A stretch of 45,392 nt of DNA. Source: Nemertoderma westbladi. Lineage: Eukaryota > Animalia > Xenacoelomorpha. A program made the translations under genes and the position numbers. The notes under the pieces were generated by a model. It had not been told where the DNA came from and did no database searches. It was given only the letters and a program-made list of their open reading frames with translations. Each line of letters starts with the position of its first letter. Positions within the stretch are counted from its first letter, which is position 1. Below, piece by piece: positions 10,945 to 22,385 of the stretch. Location: positions 1-45,392 of the forward strand of contig JAUCBJ010000185.1 of assembly GCA_032718475.1 (NCBI GenBank). Direction: 5' to 3'.

Positions 10945-12121
10945 TGTAAAAGCTTTTGCTGAATTGTCCGGTTATTTTTCCTTATTTTTCCCGTAAAATA
11001 CTCTGTAGTTGGTTTACCAGGCATAAAAAGGCCGTGTCCTTGCTGTACTGGTGTTTTAGCGGACATAAAAGCTATTTCTTCTGTATTTGTACTTTAGAGG
11101 ACATAATCCGTAATTCCGTGACGTAAAAGCTCGATACTCTTGAAAACAGTGTCGCTACCATGACGACGGCTAGCAGCTGATATTGCCACGTCGACGTTTC
11201 TTTGTTTCTTTGTTCTCTCGTTGTTCAGGTTGACCAATCAGAGCGTTTGTTGTCTCTGTGTTGGAGGTGTATACAGAAACTCAGTAGTTCAGTGTTATGT
11301 TTTGCCCAGAGCCTAAGAACCGGCTTTTGGCACCTCCGTGTTTTCAGTTTTTAGTCCTACACTAGTAGGCTTAATTATAAGGACATATATCCGTTATCTG
11401 CATACCATACATTCAACCATACCTAATCAAACAACCTGTGCATACTTTATATTGTTATACTGCTATTTACTGTCAGTTCTTCATAATATGGTTGATGAAT
11501 TATTATATTTGGAATAACGATAAATAACCCCGAAACCCAATATTCTTGATATACCGAAGGTAAGAGAGAAGGGTTACATATAACAATTGTGACTTATGTT
11601 AAAGTGGTTTGAAGTGAATCTAATGTTATTTGATAGACCCTACATGATTCGGTCCGTGTTCCTTTTATATGTGACTAAAATCAGTGAAGATCGGCAGATT
11701 AGTGTGCAGTATTGTGCAGCATTGTGTATGAGTGAGACTGATAACGAAGCATTTCCTAAAGAATGCGCCATATATGTGAATTGTAACTAAGCCATATCGT
11801 TGTGAGTAGTTTAAGTCATAACTCTGTTTGTATAGATAGAGCGCCACGTCCTACAGGAACTGTTAATATTCCCCGAAGGTGAATGATATTGTCAGAGATT
11901 ATATAATACTGTCAGTCGAATAATACATTAGGCTTACATAGCAATAAAATTAAGCCGTCGAAATCAATCTCCCGGGTATATCCAACGGGTGAATGATCGC
12001 GCACAGATTGGTTTCAACTAGTGTAGTGAATCAAATACTTGTTAGAGGCTAAAGCGATTTATTATCTAGAAGACATCCTAATTTGGCGGGTTAAACTGCC
12101 AAAGGTCTGAAAGCGCGAACA
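10945..12121 (+). repeat. 3' LTR
   Basis: Near-identical to 1-1177; one difference noticed (A941 vs G11885). Confidence 0.95.
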
Positions 12122-12500
12122 ACACGTTTGATCCATGGGAATTGAAATGTTTTGTTAATCTGTTTGCTAGGATGTATGGCAACTCTGTGCTTTGTCCACT
12201 TCTGTAGCACATTTGAAGATCACAAAGTCTGATCTTTTTTATTTCATTCACTATTAGGATCTCCCATATTTTAGTTAATATTGGCATCACCGAGATAGCA
12301 CGGTAATTCTCGTTGGTATGTATATCTCTATTTCCTGGTTTGATGTGGGGAAGAATGAGAGTTAAACATAAATTTGTAGGCATGTGGTGTGACTGGTTTA
12401 TGGAGTTATATAGGACTGCGGAAAATTATATAATTCTTCTGAGTCACCATATATCAGGTGTTCTGAGGTAAGACTATGCGCGTTTACAATTTGGATTGAA
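12122..12500 (-). pseudogene. Non-LTR retrotransposon (RTE/RTE-X-like) reverse transcriptase fragment interrupted by the LTR element
   Basis: LTSEHLIYG...ILPHIKPG...NENYRAISVMPILTKIWE...LQMCYRSGQST are LINE RT N-terminal motifs; homology stops at the LTR end. Confidence 0.8.
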
Positions 12501-15253
12501 AGTCTTTTCAATTTTACTCGAAACGCTTATTTTCGATATGCAGTGTTTTACCATACAACGGCAGAGTGGGCCAGTAATGTCAGTTTCTACTGTCACGACT
12601 GCGTAGTATTTGACCTTACAATATATTGCTAATTTATTGAGAGCATCTTATTGAACCGAACCATACATTACTACATCGTCTGCGGACAATAATATAGCTA
12701 CACCAGCCGCAGCCAGCATGACGGGTAGGTTGGGAATAATAAGCTAAATAATAAAGGTGAAAGCTTACACCTTGTATTAATCCAACTACTGTAGCTATCT
12801 AATAGGGTCCAGCCAAGCCAGTGCATAAACACCAATACATACACATATAAAATTACATGCCAGGAAAGCCCATTCAATCAGAGTTATAGAAGTAATGCAA
12901 AATTATTAAAGGAGGGGGGGGGGGGGGGGGGGGGGGGGGGCACCGCGACTGTGAGGTTTGCCCGGTTTGGTGTCACTGTGCAATCAAATCTCGCTGTGAA
13001 TACCGTACCTAACTGTATTTAATTAAATTAATTATTTTTGCCTAATTGAGTTAATTAACTTAATTAATTTCGGAATCAGGATTTCAATTATCATATTTTT
13101 ACATTACTCTTACTTATGGTTAGCCAAACAGTCAAAAATGAACTGAGCAGTGGCCCAGTGCAAGTCAGCAATTCATGACCAAATCAGCAAATTGAAGGAA
13201 TTGTGAACTGGAGTCCTAGTAACTAGTCCTCTGCTCTAGCCTGTGTGAAGGAGAACTTAACTTCATAAAGCATAAAGAAATTATTTGTAACTTACACTTA
13301 CCGCCAGTATATTAACTTAATGTCTTCATAAAGGGATATAATTAGGATACTACCAGTAGTGTAGTTTCCAGCCCAGCAGCCACCCCACCAGCCATCAGCC
13401 GGGCGCTTTGGTGTAGTTTTGCCTAAGGTAAAGCAGATGCCATGTTAGGTAACTCAGCTAATGTCCGACCATAGCTGCAGAGTAATATCGTCACCTTCAA
13501 GGCAGAACCCCCTAAGTCGATTTTTTTCGATTTTCATGTTTTTGACTTTTTGGGTAATTCGATATCGGCTTTTTCGTCTGGCAGAACCCCGAAGCTTTTC
13601 TACCAGCCATTTTTGAGTTATAAGCCAAAGACAGTTCCCCGTAACTTATGCCCACTTCGAGGCAGAACCCCCCAAGTCAATAATTGGCTTGCAAAACACC
13701 GTAAATTCAAGTATATGAAATTCAGTCCACCTGGCAAAACCCCTTAAATCAGAAATAACAACCTGTAAAACCCCTTAAATCAGAAACAATAGCCTGGCAA
13801 AACCCCGTAATTTATCATTTATATACTGGTTTGTATTGCTGCCAGGACACAAATATTAATTAGGAGGGACACAAACATTATTGAGGGACGCAAACATTGA
13901 TGAGGGACACAAAACATTAATAGGGCAGGGGCCCATGGTTGCCAATGGATATTAATATGAGCGATGGTGATGCTTGCCATCAGACGATTAGATATTAAGT
14001 GATTAACTGGAAAAAAATACTACCATGGGAACGTGAGCTTCGTTCAAAGTACCGCCGTTTTGTATACATTCCATCTTCCTAATTAGATGGAAATTAATTG
14101 AAAGCGACGTTCGGTTACGTTGTTCAGCTGCCTGTTTTCTGCTACCCCCCCCCCCCCCCCCCCCCCCGGCTGGTATACCCCCCATATTTTAAATTTACCT
14201 CCTACCACCACCATTCATGTTACACCCCCCCCCCCCCCCCATTCCTGTCTCCCCCTCATGTTCATCATTTTTTTACTCCTACTCCTTCCCTTTTTAGTAA
14301 CAACATCGTTTATTGTTTTGGTTAGAAAAACCATCTCTGTAACCTGATCCTTTCCTTCAATTGGCAATAACATAGTTTATTGGTTTGGTCAGATTAATAT
14401 GTTATTATTTATTGTTGTTAGTTTATTGCTTGACAGTAATGAGAATTGTAATACTGTGGGGCGAGCCACGAAGTGAGTGAGCCTTAGCGTAGTGGTACCA
14501 TTAATCAACCTGTCGTTCTGTCGCGTTTTTTTTCAGTATTTTATTTTAAACGTTAATAACTCGGCCAATCCTTGATGAAATCTATCCAAACTTGGTACAC
14601 ATGTTGTTTGGCAAAAGTTTGAAAATTTTCCAAGTAGAATTTGCGTGGGGCCTTCGTGCAGCATCAGTGTAACTGTTATTGTAGTTATAATATATTTATT
14701 TATCCAAAATTAACATGCGTTAAATTATTATTACTGTAGGATAAATCAGCTGGTTTTCTGACAAATTTTGCAAAACATAGGGGCTGTCTGCCAATCTGCA
14801 TGTACCATTTGTACCGGTACTGTCAGGCTGTACTCAATTCCTGAATCGAGAATTCTGCAATCAGTCAATACTGCAATACAGGTCAGCCGGTACCATACAC
14901 TGCAGACATGCCATATCATGTAATCTAAACATGGCCCCGGAAACCCTTGCGGTGATTATAGTTTAGGCCTAATTAGCCTAGTACCGGTAATAATAATATA
15001 ATAGTTTAGATAGTTCAGTAGTTACCGCTAATCATTCAGTCATTGGCACGGTACACCGTATTGCTGTACTGCCGTTGTAGTGCGCACCGTAGGTACCACC
15101 CATGCGTAGGCTGACTGTGCTGATTATGGTACTGTCAGACTGTGGTACCTAAGCTATATACTGTTACGTATATTGCTGTATTGGGGTGGGGTTAGGAATA
15201 ATCCATTTGTTTTAGCATTGAACTGTTGAATCCCCTTATTTATTATAAAACCA

Positions 15254-15883
15254 TTGGAAATATTCGCAAATGCCGCTCCATTACTGTCTGAAACGCTCCC
15301 GACAGTCCGATGTATCTGGACCCGAGCAGCCGAGTTGCTTCAAGAGGTGATTAACGGGGGAATACTACGGAATTGCTTGTTTGTCAGTACGATTCTATTT
15401 GGGTATTTACTACACTCAGACACTGGGAATACGGCGGTCGGTCAGATCGTAATGCGGGCCACTGCCAAGTTCATCATGCCTCACTCCGGTCACCCACCTT
15501 GGAGTGCGGTGGGAAGAGTCCCACTTACTGACTTACGTCGACGACTGGACGAATCGACGAGGATTGCGATCTGGGTTTAGCGGCGGCCCGGATCCTGGGA
15601 TCGCCTGGGGGAAATGGTTGAACGTTGGGCAGACGTGATCGCACTGGATTACGTTCTCTGTGACGCGAAAGTGTGAAGCGAATTCGTTGTCGAATTGGGT
15701 CGGAAGCTGCGGGAATTCTACTGTTCTACGGGAGTAAACCGCAGCGGTCCGGTGACTACGGACGGATACTACTGGGATAAGCAGGTATTTCGATCGAGTT
15801 TCTCGTATTCTCGATGCTCGAGGCGGATAGAGAGTTGGTTGTGTTGGGCGGTGTTGTTCAATTCTATCAAACATATTAAATAA
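15254..15883 (+). pseudogene. Degenerate ~210-codon reading frame of unknown function with two in-frame stops
   Basis: ORFs 15254-15580 and 15695-15883 share a frame and are bridged by RRPGSWDRLGEMVERWADVIALDYVLCDAKV; GC content is higher than the flanks. Confidence 0.35.
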
Positions 15884-17096
15884 TTGGTAAAATAATAAAA
15901 ACACACCAGATAAAGATACTGAGCTTATGGTAAAGAGATAGGCCGAACTTACAATTTCCAAATAGATTGTTCATATAATAAATATATTTTTGGTATTTGA
16001 TTTCAAGATAGGGGGGGGGGAGGGGGGGGGGGACTGGACGCAATAAAAATTCATCCCTCTCCAGGGGAAATTGGACGCAAATAACAACAGCTGATTACTC
16101 TCAAAAATAAAACTGTAACCTGTTCTATTGTGTTTACTTTATTGTTTTGGTTAAAATAACGTGCCACTGTAACCTGCTCCTTTCCCAAAATTTAGAAATT
16201 AATATTGAGGCGGGATATTAATTCGCCAAGATGGGATTTGCGTCCAGTCCCACCCCCCTCCTATCTCTTGATTTCACTAAAAAATAGAATACATTGCATT
16301 TTACTGTTATAATTACTGTATTGAATAAAATAATTAATTGATTGTTTATTAAACCGTGCTAAGCACGTTGAACTGGAGCTCTAACAATTCCCCACTAGCG
16401 GCAGACAGGAACTGTAAAAGTCTCTGTAGAATTTCTAATTAAGCAATGCTCTTAGGTAACTACTACTAAATTTCAGATGAATCTGATCGTTGGTTCTATA
16501 ATTACAGCTATTTTTACGTTTCTGTTAATTCGCCCCCTAGCGGCAGACTGGGGAACTGTAGAAGTCTGTCTGTGTGTAGAATTTCTAAATTTTTTTAAAG
16601 ACTACAAGTGTACCAAGTTTGGTTCCATTTCATCCATGATTGACCGACTTATTAGCGTTCAAACATTCCTGCCACGAATAAAAGCTGCAGGAACTCGAGC
16701 GATAATTAATTTATTTATTATTAAATACTGTTTCAATTAAATTCGTTACGAAAATCTAGTCATCTTCTTTTAAATATGGACCCTGCATTCATGGAAAATA
16801 TAATATTTGATAATTCATCAGTCAGCCTACGCTAATTTCACAGCAAAGTCCTTGTCATGGCCTGTGTGTAGTAGGCCATGGTACCACCCTACTACCGGTA
16901 CCGGCTGACCGGTGGCAACTAGCACTTGCACAGCAACAGCCCTACCGGCGATACACAGGTTGGAATTTATGTAGAGTTTGCTCAACAGTACAGATATAAA
17001 ATAGTTATCTAAATTATCTATATTACTATTGACAAGTATTGAAATATATACCGTTATTCGTATTTGCAACATCTGACATTGAAGAGGTGAGAGAAG

Positions 17097-17555
17097 ATGA
17101 ATACCGGCACTCAACAAAACCAACACTTATCACAGGTCGGTATGGTTACCTCGAAACCGGCGCGACTGTCCACTCGAATACAACTTCAAAACACAAACGC
17201 CAACAATAAACTGAAAGCGAATCGAACGTCTTCAGAAGAATCTGTCATTGGGACGAAGAAAAGGAAGCCGAAACCACGGGAATGGACCACAGCTAAGATT
17301 GAATGCTCCCATTGTCAGAGTTCCTGGACCGAAATTGAAACACCAATTGCCGATGGGCTTGATCTCTCAAACCAAAACTTCCTCTGCGGGGTTTGCGCGG
17401 CAGTAAAGATTGAAAGTCTGGAAGCTGGCATCCCTAGGTATTATTATTATAAAGAGCGTCAGCCTGCGTTTAATAAATATATTTTAATACAAAACAGGTC
17501 GAACGCAAAGAGGCTTATAATGAAGACGAGTACTGCATTGATTATATTCCTATAA
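17097..17555 (+). pseudogene. Truncated LINE ORF1 N-terminus (C4 zinc finger)
   Basis: Basic disordered leader then CSHC-x22-FLCGVC, paralleling CSGANC...FYCGGC in ORF1 at 20088; similarity ends near 17440. Confidence 0.5.
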
Positions 17556-17924
17556 ACCACCTGGCTTTGCATATTGAACGTGCGTTTGGAAATAAGTTCG
17601 TGCTACCCTTCCGTGGGTGGTAGATGTCGCGGTTATGTATTGGTGGGTGGGGGAGGGGGGGGGGGGGGGTGCAGATTAAAAGGGGTGAACACGTACTGTC
17701 CCCCTTTCTTTGATTAATTGGTGATGTGGGTTAATCTCTCATAACCTGATTTTGTGATACAGTCGCACAATTTTAATTTGTATCTCATAACTGGGCCTCG
17801 TGCTGCGCGAAGGCCCCACGAACGTGTAATATATTGTATGTGTATGGGTGGTAACATGAATCATACTAAGTGCGAAGGGCGATAGTGCCCATGGTTAATG
17901 TTTGTACCCTTGATTGATATCTGT

Positions 17925-18590
17925 CCCTCGTTTATTGTTTGTGTCCCTCATTAATGTTTGTGTCCCTTATTAATGTTTGTGTACCTCATTAATGTTTGTG
18001 TCCCTCATTAATGTGTGTGTCCCTCATTAATGTTTGTGTCCCTCATTAATGTTTGTGTACCTCATTAATGTTTGTGTCCCTCATTAATGTTTGTGAACCT
18101 CATTAATGTTTGCGTCCGTCATTAATGTTTGTGTCCCTCATTAATGTTTGTGTCCCTCATTAACTCGTTTATTGTTTGTGTCCCTCATTAATGTTTGTGT
18201 CCCTCATTAATGTTTGTGTCCCTCATTAATGTTTGTGTACCTCATTAATGTTTGCGTCCCTCATTAATATTTGTGTCCCTCATTAATGTTGTGTCCCTCA
18301 TTAATGTTTGTGTCCCTCATTAATGTGTCCCTCATTAATGTTTGTGTCCCTCATTAATCTTGTGTCCCTCATTAATGTTTGTGTCCCTCATTAATATTTG
18401 TGTCCCTCATTAATGTTTGTGTCCCTCATTAATGTTTGTGTCCTATATCAATGTTTATGTCCCACATTATTGTTTGTGTCCTACATCAATGTTTATGTCC
18501 CACATTAATGTTTGTCACCCTGATTAATGTTTGTCCCACTAATGTTTGTGGCGCTGATAAATATCTATCCCTCATTTAATGTTTGTGTCA
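17925..18590. repeat. 19-bp minisatellite (CCCTCATTAATGTTTGTGT)n, ~35 units
   Basis: Period 19 (units at 18021 and 18040); a few inverted units also at ~13845-13925. Confidence 0.95.
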
Positions 18591-20087
18591 AAGTTGCTAT
18601 AAGTTACTCTAGGTTGCCGGACGTTTTGGACAATTTGGTCAGCAACTAGCAACTTAATTTGAGCAACATTAACTTTTAGTCTCCGTTATATGAGGCATCT
18701 TTAACAGCAACAAAGTTCGCGTTTACATAGAGCAATTTGATCGCAACCTGAAATGCTTACTAAGTTGCTGATAGAGTTGCTCAAAATGTTGCCACGTACT
18801 GTAGAAAAAACAGCCTTTAATTAATCTTCATGGCGTAGCTAGACTTTGTTCTTACTGTAGAGTACCACCCATGGCTATATTTTGTACTTAGAGTTCCGCT
18901 TTCGTGAATCTAAATTTTGTTCTTATAGTTCTGCATTTGGCTACATTTTGTTCAATTTGTATTGATACATGATTCTAACTACAGTCCCGTACTTATTTTA
19001 GAAGCAATTTATACCAAAATATCAAAAACTTATGGAGCACTTTAGAATTTTGAATTCAAAAATTTCCAACATGTGCGCAAGTGTGTTAGCTGTATTGTAT
19101 GTGCTTATTTGTTATTATTGCGTTCACAGGTAATACTAACACCTGCTCATGTGCTAGTTAACATGTTAGATAGCACGTATTAGCTAATAACAAATGCGCA
19201 CATGTATCACGTGCGCACTACGCACTAAATAATTAAGGACGCACGATACGCCTTGGCTATAATTTGATATATTTTGCGTGTTTTTTGTAAAAATTCGGAC
19301 TTATGGTGTTTTGCCTAATTGAGGATGCCTTGTTTTCTAGGCAATACCCCGCAACTATCGTATAGTTACGGGATAATACCAGAAAATGGTGTTCCCCTTT
19401 GTTTTGGCAAAACACCATAAGTCAGAATTTTTACAAAAAAACCGCAATATATTTCAAAGGTGATTCTAAATTAAATAAAAAGTTTAGTTATATGAATTCT
19501 ATATATATTTATTTGTCAAAAAACACAATCAAGTAAACTGAGGCATCTCTCCAAAAAATAAACAGTTTTTATCGATTATTATCTCAGAACTACAAAAATC
19601 GACTTAGGGGGTTCTGCCTTGAGGGTGACGATATGTAATACAGTAAGTATAATAAGAAAGCCAATGCTATGCTGGCTGCCTCAATTAGTACAAGGTGTGT
19701 GTGTGTAATGTATACTACTGTAGGAAGGATGGTAGTGGTAGACAGTGGTGGTCTGCTCTCTGGTGTGTTGATTGGCAGCCTGGCTCCATAGATGGGAAGG
19801 AATCTGCTTGCCTCAGGGGGCTGACGAGTAGCAGATACAATTTTACAAATCCACCCGTTTGATGGGTGGAATTCAATTAATTCACTTCCAAGTCGACAAC
19901 CTGTCCGTTTTATAGAACGCCCATTATTTTACCTCATCTGAGTTTAACTACCACTTGTGATACTAACTAATACTAACTAACTAATACTATACACACACAT
20001 TACTTTTTAATTACTTTAATAAATTAATTTTAATCTGCTTAATAATCATACATAAATAAAGTATCAATTTATTGCTGATAATACCTG

Positions 20088-21278
20088 ATGTCGTTCTTGA
20101 AATCAACTGCGGATGGCCGGCGGAATAGTACTGCGTCGGCTCCTCGTCGACAAAGCGCTGCTGCTGCAAACGTCCAACCGACAACAAGGAAACGGGATAA
20201 TAAGACACCGAACGCTAACCAGCCTCTGCCGACATCACGAACCGACGGCCACGAAGAGATTGAAGTATGCTGCTCCGGAGCGAACTGCAATATTTCTATG
20301 ATCTGTATCGCCCCGAATGGGACCGACTTCGGATGCGTAGATTTTTATTGCGGCGGATGCGTTGGGAACCGCCTGTCTCGCACAACGAAAGACTTGGAGC
20401 AGATTGAATCGCGTACCGATGACAAATTTCTAGAACTTCAACAACAATTTGATAGCGTTCTGCTTAAATCGAACAAGCTAGAACAAACGGTAAATGACAC
20501 CAGGCAACTTGTGAACTCCAGAATGAAGGAACTACGAGTAGAGTTCATGACCAGCGTGGAAGATATCCAAAAGAAAGTTGGTGTAATCCAAGACGAGTCG
20601 CTCTCAGTTATAGTTGACGAGGGTGAATGGACTGATGCCCCTTCCAAACGCTCTAAACGTAATGCTAAACATAGAAATGATTCAGATAACCTCGCTCTTC
20701 TAGCACATAAAGTTAAGGAAGAGGAAGATGAACAAAACCGGCGCATATGTAATATCGTTGTTAGTGGAGCCAAAGTAGAAGAAGATGATAAAAAACTTGT
20801 AATAGACATAGCTAACTCGATAAACATCGACTTGTTTCCTTCTGAAATTTCAACCAGACGTGTGGGGAAGGTAAAGGACAACGGCACTCGGCCTCTTGTA
20901 GTCACATTGCCTCAAGATAAGAGGGCTGTCCTACTTCGGAAGGCTCGTGACCTACGCCAAACTCAGTGCTACAACAATATGTACCTCTCGCCTGACTACA
21001 CCCCCGCCGAATCTAAACTACAATACCAGCTAAGGGAAGAGCGCCGGAGACTACAGACTTCCCAACCAAACAAACACTGGATTATATCACGGGGCAAAGT
21101 AATCGAAGCATCACGGCTGAACCCACATTCGGTGGAACCTACTGATAGCAACGCGCTCCCATTCGACCAGTCTACGGGCTCTGCCGCTCACGGACCTCGG
21201 ACCATCTATAGATCAGACCGCGCCGCTCAGCCAACCTTAAACCATTTATCCCTGACTCGGTGTGTTGCTATTGATTGA
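20088..21278 (+). CDS. LINE ORF1 protein (zinc finger, coiled coil, RRM, C-terminal domain)
   Basis: Cys cluster, heptad-rich region, RRICNIVVSG...RRVGK...RPLVV RRM motifs, YLSPDYTP...RRR...IISRGKVI. Confidence 0.85.
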   Translation: MSFLKSTADGRRNSTASAPRRQSAAAANVQPTTRKRDNKTPNANQPLPTSRTDGHEEIEVCCSGANCNISMICIAPNGTDFGCVDFYCGGCVGNRLSRTTKDLEQIESRTDDKFLELQQQFDSVLLKSNKLEQTVNDTRQLVNSRMKELRVEFMTSVEDIQKKVGVIQDESLSVIVDEGEWTDAPSKRSKRNAKHRNDSDNLALLAHKVKEEEDEQNRRICNIVVSGAKVEEDDKKLVIDIANSINIDLFPSEISTRRVGKVKDNGTRPLVVTLPQDKRAVLLRKARDLRQTQCYNNMYLSPDYTPAESKLQYQLREERRRLQTSQPNKHWIISRGKVIEASRLNPHSVEPTDSNALPFDQSTGSAAHGPRTIYRSDRAAQPTLNHLSLTRCVAID

Positions 21279-21284
21279 CTTGGG

Positions 21285-22372
21285 GCCACGCCGACGCCGC
21301 CCCCGCTTGCGTTGACCGCGCCCACTCCGCCACCGGCTGCATTGACTGCGCCCATGCCGCCCCCGGTTGCATTGACCATGCCCACGCTGCCCCTGGCTGC
21401 GTTGACCGCGCCCACGCCGCCCCTGGCTGCGTTGACCGCGCCCACACCGCCCCCGGCTGCGTTGACCGCGCCCACACCGCCCCCGGCTGCGTTGACCGCG
21501 CACACGCCGCCCCCGGCTGCGTTGACCACGCCCACGCCGACCCCGGCTGCGTTGACCGCGCCCATGCTGCCCCCGGCTGCGTCGACCACGCCCTCGCCAC
21601 TCCCGGCTGCGCTGACCGCGCCCACGCTGCCCCCGGCTGCGTTGACCATGCCCACGCCGCCCCTGGCTGCGTTGACCGCACCCACGCCGCCCCCGGCTGC
21701 GTTGACCGCGCCCACGCCGCCCCCGGCTGCGTTGACTGTGCCCACGCCGACCCCAGCTGCGTTGACCGCGCCCATGCTGCCCCTGGCTGCGTTGACCGCG
21801 CCCATGCCGCCCCCGGTTGCATTGACCATGCCCACGCTGCCCCTGGCTGCGTTGACCGCGCCCACGCCGCCCCTGGCTGCGTTGACCGCGCCCACACCGC
21901 CCCCGGCTGCGTTGACCGCGCCCACACCGCCCCCGGCTGCGTTGACCGCGCACACGCCGCCCCCGGCTGCGTTGACCATGCCCACGCCGCCCCTGGCTGC
22001 GTTGACCGCACCCACGCCGCCCCCGGCTGCGTTGACCGCGCCCACGCCGCCCCCGGCTGCGTTGACTGTGCCCACGCCGACCCCAGCTGCGTTGACCGCG
22101 CCCATGCTGCCCCTGGCTGCGTCGACCACGCCCTCGCCACTCCCGGCTGCGCTGACCGCGCCCACGCCGCCCCCGGCTGCGTTGACCGCGCCCACGCCGA
22201 CCCCGGCTGCGTTGACCGCGCCCATGCTGCCCCCGGCTGCGTCAACCACGCCCTCGCCACTCCCGGCTGCGCTGACCGCGCCCACGCCGCCCCCGGCTGC
22301 GTTGACCGCGCCCACGCCGCCCCCGGCTGCGTCGACCGCGCCCACTCCGCCCCCGGCTGCTTGACCGCGCGC
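21285..22372 (+). repeat. GC-rich 30-bp tandem repeat (GTTGACCGCGCCCACGCCGCCCCCGGCTGC), ~36 units, between ORF1 and ORF2
   Basis: Exact period of 30 with substitutions but essentially no internal indels; higher-order block duplications visible. Confidence 0.95.
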
Positions 22373-22385
22373 ACCCCCCCCAGAT

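Larger units (their letters stand above)
1..12121 (+). mobile_element. Non-autonomous BEL/Pao-superfamily LTR retrotransposon (LTR-gag-pro-LTR; RT and integrase absent)
   Basis: Direct repeats at 1-1177 and 10945-12121 (offset 10944) with TGT...ACA ends; internal ORF with BEL-type triple Cys/His cluster and DSG protease; purine-rich tract before the 3' LTR. Left flank is outside the window, so the TSD (expected ACACG, 12122-12126) cannot be confirmed. Confidence 0.93.
13489..19630. mobile_element. Non-autonomous TIR DNA transposon (~6.1 kb), possibly Sola1-like
   Basis: ~37-bp TIRs CGTCACC(T/C)TCAAGGCAGAACCCCCTAAGTCGATTTTT at 13489 and reverse complement ending 19630; ATAT on both flanks; subterminal GGCA(G/A)AACCCC repeats; no transposase ORF. 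Superfamily is inferred only from the 4-bp AWWT flank. Confidence 0.75.

Noticed and set aside
14003-14347. Poly-Pro/poly-Gly ORFs
   Set aside because: Caused by homopolymer C runs.
16004-16271. Short inverted repeat pair (GGGACTGGACGCAA / TTGCGTCCAGTCCC)
   Set aside because: Probably a small MITE remnant, but ends and TSD could not be defined.
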